DNA from: a virus
Taxonomy: Duplodnaviria; Heunggongvirae; Uroviricota; Caudoviricetes
IMG/VR virus record: IMGVR_UViG_2706794688_000008
Length of the DNA stretch: 4,295 bases
Reading direction: 5' to 3' (one strand)
The notes beneath the pieces were generated by a model. It made no database searches and was not told the DNA's origin. It saw only the letters and a program-made list of their open reading frames with translations. Of the stretch, positions 1 to 4,295 are shown one piece after another. Position numbers and translations under genes: made by a program. Numbering within the stretch: position 1 is the stretch's first letter; each line of letters opens with the position of its first letter.

Positions 1-25
1 GGGAAAAATATCATCAGATGGCTGC

Positions 26-214
26 TTAAAAAAAGAACAAATGGTAGTGTCCGCTATTGCCAGTACACCTCAGGGTATAAGGGGTTATGGCCACCGGACT
101 ACCAAACGGCTGCCAGCCCTCTTTCAGTTTATGTGTCAGCTTTTCCGCAAGATCTGACGGCGGCGCCGCCCTGACAACATCATAGTGTTTAAATGCCATG
201 GTTCTTTCCACCAT
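26..214 (-). CDS. small phage protein, DUF1737-like (62 aa from ATG 214, or 57 aa from ATG 199)
   Basis: Complete minus-strand ORF with TAA stop at 26-28. The motif HYDVV...LKEGWQPFGSPV resembles the short DUF1737-type domain found alone or at the N-terminus of NanS-p esterases next to lysis genes in lambdoid phages (recalled, not searched). The second ATG at 199 has GGAAAG 5-6 nt upstream; the first ATG at 214 has no Shine-Dalgarno. Confidence 0.5.
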   Translation of the reverse strand: MVERTMAFKHYDVVRAAPPSDLAEKLTHKLKEGWQPFGSPVAITPYTLRCTGNSGHYHLFFF

Positions 215-392
215 CTGAAAAATAATTCTTTAAAATACCTGACATGTAATACAGAAAAAACACAAAACCATACCTTAAATAAAAACCTGATTATCAAGCA
301 GATATGCATGGATAAACTACAAGACGAGATATAAACCACCCTGCATTTAAATAAACAATAAACAACATCAGAAAAATAATTCTGCTCTATGG

Positions 393-421
393 TTTACATT
401 CAAAAATATCATTTATACTTT
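393..421 (+). promoter_or_regulatory. candidate sigma70 promoter for the plus-strand ORF at 460
   Basis: -35-like TTTACA at 393-398, then either TATACT at 414-419 (15-nt spacer) or TACTTT at 416-421 (17-nt spacer), in AT-rich DNA about 40 nt upstream of the ORF's RBS. Hexamer matching only. Confidence 0.3.
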
Positions 422-459
422 TCAGAACATCACCAGCAAGGCATAAACAAGGAAACTAA

Positions 460-795
460 ATGAAGTGGATTGTGATTGATACAGTTATCCAGCCATCATG
501 CGGAATATCTTTTTCAGTCATATGGAGTAAAATAAAATTAATAATCTGGTATCAATCGGATGCTTTCTTACCTCCTGAAAGTATATTTACACTGACTCAC
601 ACAGGCATCATGCTCAATAACAAAGTGCTACCTGTAACCATTTACAACGTAGTACCATTCAATAAAACATTCTGGAATTCAATCAAAAATAGCCAGGAAT
701 GCCCTACAAATACAGATAACGTATTGAATGAATGCTTTAATAACCGTTGCACTCTGCAAATATGTCCTTATGGACTAAAACAACAAAGTCCATAA
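460..795 (+). CDS. hypothetical protein (111 aa), AT-rich cargo ORF antisense to the phage late operon
   Basis: ATG at 460 is preceded by AAGGAA at 449-454 (5-nt spacer); TAA stop at 793-795. A 336-nt open frame in visibly AT-rich DNA. The C-terminus has four Cys (C-x10-C-x4-C-x4-C). 6 of 13 Ile codons are AUA. I recognise no homolog. Confidence 0.4.
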   Translation: MKWIVIDTVIQPSCGISFSVIWSKIKLIIWYQSDAFLPPESIFTLTHTGIMLNNKVLPVTIYNVVPFNKTFWNSIKNSQECPTNTDNVLNECFNNRCTLQICPYGLKQQSP

Positions 796-816
796 GGAGT
801 TTACTCACATCTGACA

Positions 817-851
817 AAATCAATATAAACAGCCCCTCCGGAGAGGGGCTG
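817..851 (-). terminator. intrinsic terminator (hairpin plus U-rich tract) for minus-strand transcription
   Basis: Perfect 9-bp stem 830-838 / 843-851 (CAGCCCCTC / GAGGGGCTG) with 4-nt loop. On the minus strand it is followed by TTTATATTGATTTTG; on the plus strand there is no U tract after it. Confidence 0.6.
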
Positions 852-926
852 GAGAGTGGCGCTATGTGCCATTGCATGGTGCCGGGTGCCTCCCGGTGAA
901 TTCAGTACCAGCACCTGAATCCGCGA

Positions 927-1053
927 TTATCCCATATACCTACTCGCTGATTGCCCCTCCGCACAGGGGGATTCACCATGCCAGTTTCTTTTAACAAACT
1001 CCCCGCAAACCAGACAACAGTCAACCGCCTGAATTGTGAAGTATTTAAAAATT
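927..1053 (-). CDS. 3' end of an unresolved minus-strand ORF (start hidden in mask or at 1394/1397)
   Basis: Open frame from the mask edge to a TAA stop at 927-929 (tail ...CCLVCGEFVKRNWHGESPCAEGQSASRYMG), about 75 nt upstream of the minus-strand terminator at 830-851. Competes with the plus-strand ORF starting at 978. Confidence 0.25.
978..1053 (+). CDS. 5' end of an unresolved plus-strand ORF (MPVSFNKLPANQTTVNRLNCEVFKN...), continues into mask
   Basis: ATG at 978 is preceded by AGGGGGA at 965-971 (6-nt spacer), a strong Shine-Dalgarno. The frame is open to the mask edge. Mutually exclusive with the minus-strand model over the same bases. Confidence 0.3.
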
Positions 1054-1327
1054 NNNNNNNNNNNNNNNNNNNNNNNNNNNNNNNNNNNNNNNNNNNNNNN
1101 NNNNNNNNNNNNNNNNNNNNNNNNNNNNNNNNNNNNNNNNNNNNNNNNNNNNNNNNNNNNNNNNNNNNNNNNNNNNNNNNNNNNNNNNNNNNNNNNNNNN
1201 NNNNNNNNNNNNNNNNNNNNNNNNNNNNNNNNNNNNNNNNNNNNNNNNNNNNNNNNNNNNNNNNNNNNNNNNNNNNNNNNNNNNNNNNNNNNNNNNNNNN
1301 NNNNNNNNNNNNNNNNNNNNNNNNNNN

Positions 1328-1593
1328 TCCTGAACAAGAGCAAATAATTCTGAATTAGCAACCATGAACTCATCGCAAACCCTCTGTATAGCATCACTAT
1401 TCAGAATAATAACGTCTCTTCCCGAAAGACGATCAGGAGTACAGAACAAAACTGTCAAACGGCTGAAGGCCTTTGCTCGTGCTGCATTGACTATATCAAT
1501 ACGCTGCCTAAGGATGAAACACCCCGACGCCTCATCAATATTCACTCTACCCACACCATATGAATGATAAATATTTAATGCTGAAAAAACCAT
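1328..1593 (-). CDS. 5' part of a hypothetical minus-strand ORF running into mask 1
   Basis: Frame open across the whole visible block from ATG 1593 (in-frame stop at 1624-1626 upstream). No convincing Shine-Dalgarno. 5 of 8 visible Arg codons are AGA/AGG/CGA and 2 of 8 Ile codons are AUA. No recognisable family. Confidence 0.3.
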
Positions 1594-1960
1594 TAGACCG
1601 TATAACAAACACTCAATCAATACTTAACAGAACTTTTATTTTTGACAAACATAAAATATTTTCAACAATATCCTGAGCCAGGNNNNNNNNNNNNNNNNNN
1701 NNNNNNNNNNNNNNNNNNNNNNNNNNNNNNNNNNNNNNNNNNNNNNNNNNNNNNNNNNNNNNNNNNNNNNNNNNNNNNNNNNNNNNNNNNNNNNNNNNNN
1801 NNNNNNNNNNNNNNNNNNNNNNNNNNNNNNNNNNNNNNNNNNNNNNNNNNNNNNNNNNNNNNNNNNNNNNNNNNNNNNNNNNNNNNNNNNNNNNNNNNNN
1901 NNNNNNNNNNNNNNNNNNNNNNNNNNNNNNNNNNNNNNNNNNNNNNNNNNNNNNNNNNNN

Positions 1961-2037
1961 NNNNNNNNNNNNNNNNNNNNNNNATTGCTTAGAAGGCAAT
2001 TGCTCTGTCCGGCTGAGCTAACAACGCATGATGCAGA
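1961..2037 (-). tRNA. argO: tRNA-Arg (anticodon UCU), 5' half visible, 3' half in mask
   Basis: Minus-strand read from 2037: acceptor GCGTTGT, U8 A9, D stem GCTC/GAGC, anticodon stem ATTGC/GCAAT with loop CTTCTAA (anticodon TCT). The sequence enters the N block at 1983, so the 3' end near 1961 is extrapolated. Symbol assigned only by position in the ileZ-argN-argO cluster recalled from Stx-type phages. Confidence 0.7.
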
Positions 2038-2040
2038 TAA

Positions 2041-2117
2041 TGGACCGCCATCGGGGACTTGAACCCCGCGCAGCCAGCTTCGAAGGCTGGCGCTCTTTCC
2101 TGATGAGCTAATGGCGG
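2041..2117 (-). tRNA. argN: tRNA-Arg (anticodon UCG)
   Basis: Full cloverleaf folded by hand: acceptor CCGCCAT/ATGGCGG, D stem GCTC/GAGC, anticodon stem CCAGC/GCTGG with loop CTTCGAA (anticodon TCG), T stem CGGGG/CCCCG with loop TTCAAGT, encoded CCA. Symbol assigned by cluster position only. Confidence 0.8.
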
Positions 2118-2124
2118 TATGTGA

Positions 2125-2200
2125 TGGTGGCCCTTGCTGGATTTGAACCAGCGACCTGGCGATTATGAGTCGCTCGCTCTCACCACTGAGCTAAAGGGCC
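2125..2200 (-). tRNA. ileZ: tRNA-Ile2 (anticodon CAU, lysidine type; formally could be Met)
   Basis: Full cloverleaf: acceptor GGCCCTT/AAGGGCC, D stem GCTC/GAGC, anticodon loop CTCATAA (anticodon CAT), T stem GCTGG/CCAGC with loop TTCAAAT, discriminator A and encoded CCA. Closely resembles E. coli ileX-type tRNA as I recall it. Confidence 0.85.
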
Positions 2201-2240
2201 GGGAGCCGCATAATAACGACGCGTAATTAATTCTTCAATA

Positions 2241-3348
2241 TCATCCGTTCTGGCTGACTAAATCCTGTACTTCCCGAACCGTCTGCTCAAAACGTTCAGT
2301 CTCCAGCTCAACGCCAATTGCACGACGCCCGAGCGCCAGTGCCGCTTTCACTGTCGAACCCAACCCCATGAAAAAATCTGCAATCAGGTCACCCGGACGA
2401 CTGCTAGCGCTGATTATCTGCTGCAGCATTTCTGCCGGTTTTTCGCACGGATGTTTCCCGGGATAGAACTGCACCGGTTTATGCGTCCACACATCGGTAT
2501 ACGGCACCTGCACCGTCACGCCAAAATACCGCCGCAGATGTTTATATTCACTCAGCAGCTCCGCATACTGCCGGTTCAGTGAGGTATACGTATCCACCAG
2601 CTGGTGGTGGAGCTTTTCCAGTTCACCACGCCGATGCTTCTCTTCTGCCACCCGGGCAAACAGCGCCTGTAATTTCAGATAATCGCTTTCATTCGGCAAC
2701 TGCCACTGACCGGCACTGAACCAGTGCGACACCATGTTTTTCTTTCCTGTGGCATCTGCAATCTGTTTTGCCGTTATCCCCAGGGCAGCTCGCGCATCAC
2801 GAAAGTAAGAAATCAGCGGGGCCATCACATGCTGTTTCAGTGCACTGCCCTTCGCCGCATACCCGGCATCTTTCGGACGATACGGCCCCTGATAATGTTC
2901 CGCGAACAGAATGCGCTCTGTGGCGGGGAAATACGCCCGCAGGCTTTCCTTGTTGCATCCGTTCCAGCGTCCGGACGGCTTCGCCCAGATAATATGGTTC
3001 AGCACACTGAAGCGTTCACGCATCATGATTTCGATATCAGATGCCAGGCGATGACCACAGAACAGGTAAAGACTTCCGGCAGGTTTCAGCNNNNNNNNNN
3101 NNNNNNNNNNNNNNNNNNNNNNNNNNNNNNNNNNNNNNNNNNNNNNNNNNNNNNNNNNNNNNNNNNNNNNNNNNNNNNNNNNNNNNNNNNNNNNNNNNNN
3201 NNNNNNNNNNNNNNNNNNNNNNNNNNNNNNNNNNNNNNNNNNNNNNNNNNNNNNNNNNNNNNNNNNNNNNNNNNNNNNNNNNNNNNNNNNNNNNNNNNNN
3301 NNNNNNNNNNNNNNNNNNNNNNNNNNNNNNNNNNNNNNNNNNNNNNNN
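2241..3348 (-). CDS. DNA methyltransferase, beta-class N6-adenine/N4-cytosine type (PF01555-like); N-terminus and start hidden in mask
   Basis: TGA stop at 2241-2243. Visible 283 aa begins LKPAGSLYLFCGH (the segment that follows the DPPY motif) and ends with an FxGxG-type SAM-binding motif (DFFMGLGSTVKAA); this C-terminal motif order is typical of beta-class enzymes. The DPPY motif itself must lie in the masked block. The six-frame start at TTG 3479 is rejected. Confidence 0.8.
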
Positions 3349-3396
3349 AAAGCAGTGGGCCTGAGGTTTGCTTGTGAACCCAACGCATGAGCAGAT

Positions 3397-3427
3397 GGCT
3401 GGTGGGTGCCCCTAACACCCACCAGCC
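3397..3427. repeat. perfect 12-bp GC-rich inverted repeat with 7-nt spacer (stem-loop or operator candidate)
   Basis: GGCTGGTGGGTG at 3397-3408 and its exact reverse complement CACCCACCAGCC at 3416-3427, with loop CCCCTAA. No U tract on either strand, so it is not a terminator. It lies between the 65-aa ORF terminator and the methyltransferase. Confidence 0.6.
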
Positions 3428-3440
3428 GCCCATTTACCAC

Positions 3441-3468
3441 AAATAAAAAAGCCTTCACTGCGGAAGGC
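3441..3468 (-). terminator. intrinsic terminator after the 65-aa ORF
   Basis: 6-bp stem GCCTTC/GAAGGC (3451-3456 / 3463-3468) with 6-nt loop, followed on the minus strand by TTTTTTATTT (3450-3441). It overlaps the ORF's TGA stop at 3455-3457. Confidence 0.55.
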
Positions 3469-3652
3469 GTCTGTAACAACCGAACTGATAGTCTGCCAGA
3501 CCCGCCATAACCAGCTGGGTCAGTATTAACTGGCAGCGTTCGCGTGAAAGGTAAGTATTCTGCGCTATCTCCCCGACTGTCGCCGGTTCGGTAACGCTTA
3601 ATTCATTAAACACCACTCTGGCGGTTTCTGTCATATCCTGCTGTTTTAGCAT
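3455..3652 (-). CDS. hypothetical small protein (65 aa), putative winged-helix DNA-binding fold
   Basis: ATG at 3652 is preceded by AAGGAAAAG; TGA stop at 3455-3457; own terminator. The segment TVGEIAQNTYLSRERCQLILTQLVMAGLADY resembles the helix-turn-helix plus wing of ArsR/MarR-like regulators (pattern judgement only). Confidence 0.5.
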   Translation of the reverse strand: MLKQQDMTETARVVFNELSVTEPATVGEIAQNTYLSRERCQLILTQLVMAGLADYQFGCYRRLPQ

Positions 3653-3770
3653 GTCTTTTCCTTTTCCGGTTAACGTGACACACCAATAACTCTTGTCGAA
3701 AAAGCCAGCAAGCTGAAAGACAGGTATTCACCGCCACCAGCGCGTTTACTGTACTGACGCGATTTCAGTC

Positions 3771-3796
3771 ATAAAAAACCCGCTCGGCGGCGGGTT
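3771..3796 (-). terminator. tR'-like intrinsic terminator downstream of PR'
   Basis: 7-bp stem AACCCGC/GCGGGTT (3777-3783 / 3790-3796) with 6-nt loop, followed on the minus strand by TTTTTTAT (3778-3771). Confidence 0.7.
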
Positions 3797-3837
3797 GTAG
3801 AAACTCTTCTAACGTCAGGCATAAAACGCCCATCGTT
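3771..3837 (-). ncRNA. short 6S-like terminated PR' leader transcript (about 65 nt), predicted
   Basis: Inferred from the predicted PR' start near 3837 and the tR' terminator ending near 3771, by analogy with the lambda 6S RNA. Not supported by any expression data. Confidence 0.35.
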
Positions 3838-3871
3838 ATAACGAATTTACCACAGATTCCGGAAAAATCAA
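3829..3871 (-). promoter_or_regulatory. late promoter PR' with extended -10 and sigma70-dependent pause element (Q engagement region)
   Basis: Minus strand: -35 TTGATT (3871-3866), 16-nt spacer, TGG upstream of -10 TAAATT (3849-3844), 6 nt, then AACGATGGG (3837-3829). Hexamers and spacing match my recollection of lambda PR' (TAAATT, 6 nt, AACGATGGG). It starts 6 nt after the Q stop codon. Confidence 0.7.
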
Positions 3872-3876
3872 CCTTG

Positions 3877-4295
3877 TTACCTAGTTACCTTTTTTAACTG
3901 CCGCTCAGCCCATGCTTCTTCAATATCAAACCGGGTCACCAGCGCATCATAAAATTTCTTAACTGTTTTTTCCCATGACGCGCGTGTTATCTGGTTTGTC
4001 ACCTCGCATATAGCATTAAATGCCTCCGTTGATGGTAGTCTTTCATAGCCACGACCACCACAACGCTGGCAGTCTCTGATAACAGGCATACCACGTTTTA
4101 CCGACTCTTCACGATGAATGGCGACACCACGCCCACGGCAATCCTTACAGGCGGTGGAAACCTCACCCTTTCCGCCACACTCCGGACAGGCAACTTTTAC
4201 CACCTCCCTGACTTTTTTCCATTCTTCCCAGTAAGACGGATACACACCTTTCGTACACTTTGCCCATACCGGCGGCTTACCATCCGGATACTGGA
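3877..4295 (-). CDS. Q: antitermination protein Q, lambda-type (5' end beyond window)
   Basis: TAA stop at 3877-3879. The frame is open upstream of the six-frame GTG start at 4245 to the window edge. The C-terminus (CQRCGGRGYERLP...WEKTVKKFYDALV...KKVTR) aligns by eye with the lambda Q C-terminus (CGRCKGVGYSRMP...WSRTVKPLYDALV...NAVTR), and it has CxxC zinc-finger motifs. PR' follows immediately. Confidence 0.85.
   Translation of the reverse strand, partial: QYPDGKPPVWAKCTKGVYPSYWEEWKKVREVVKVACPECGGKGEVSTACKDCRGRGVAIHREESVKRGMPVIRDCQRCGGRGYERLPSTEAFNAICEVTNQITRASWEKTVKKFYDALVTRFDIEEAWAERQLKKVTR

Noticed and set aside
136-339. Minus-strand ORF 136-339 (67 aa)
   Set aside because: GTG start with no RBS, low-complexity hydrophobic translation, and overlap with the better-supported DUF1737-like ORF.
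1364-1567. Plus-strand ORF 1364-1567 (67 aa)
   Set aside because: No Shine-Dalgarno, short, and on the opposite strand of a longer open frame; AT-rich sequence gives such ORFs easily. Not excluded, only unsupported.
1000-1990. Shiga toxin genes stxA and stxB at the canonical position after the tRNA cluster
   Set aside because: None of the visible translations on either strand resembles Stx A or B as I recall them. The masked parts cannot be excluded, but the visible flanks that stxA would have to span do not match.
1036-1999. Six-frame ORFs 1036-1347 (+), 1613-1999 (-), 1642-1992 (+), and the full lengths of 951-1358 (+), 927-1397 (-) and 1045-1620 (-)
   Set aside because: Their length comes from runs of N translated as X. 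Only the visible flanks can be assessed, and these are reported separately at low confidence. The visible tail 1613-1682 (-) is open but too short to call.
2724-3433. ORFs 2724-3377 (+), 2768-2992 (+), 3041-3364 (+) and 3086-3433 (-)
   Set aside because: All lie in other frames or on the opposite strand inside the well-supported methyltransferase gene, or owe their length to the N block.
3441-3479. N-terminal extension of the 412-aa six-frame ORF (TTG start at 3479) as the methyltransferase start
   Set aside because: It uses a TTG start, runs through the stop codon and terminator hairpin of the upstream 65-aa gene, and translates GC-rich palindrome DNA into a Gly/Arg/Ala-rich non-protein-like sequence. 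The real start is most likely inside or just upstream of the masked block.
3653-3770. Separate promoter for the 65-aa ORF and a small hairpin ACTGA-N7-TCAGT
   Set aside because: No convincing -35/-10 pair with proper spacing, and the hairpin has only a 5-bp stem. The ORF may simply be read by transcripts that pass tR' after Q modification.
1-4295. CRISPR array, insertion sequence, integrase or attachment site
   Set aside because: There are no regularly spaced direct repeats, no transposase-like or integrase-like translations, and no terminal inverted repeats. The only repeats are the short ones reported in the findings.

Overview
This window looks like the late-regulatory region of a lambdoid (lambda-like) prophage of an enterobacterial host, with everything recognisable on the minus strand. 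Reading right to left: the 3' part of a lambda-type antiterminator Q gene (5' end beyond the window), a conserved late promoter PR' with its pause element and tR' terminator, a 65-aa winged-helix-like ORF with its own terminator, a beta-class DNA methyltransferase, three phage tRNAs (Ile2-CAU, Arg-UCG, Arg-UCU), an AT-rich cargo region, and a small DUF1737-like ORF next to where lysis genes are expected. The cargo region (about 215-1990) sits where Shiga-toxin phages carry stxAB, but nothing Stx-like is visible; it holds uncharacterised ORFs that I could not resolve into one gene model. Three N-masked blocks (1054-1327, 1683-1983, 3091-3348) hide the methyltransferase N-terminus, the 3' half of the third tRNA and much of the cargo. 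Every six-frame ORF that crosses a mask is artificially extended. All family assignments are from reading the translations and recalled motifs; no database search was run.
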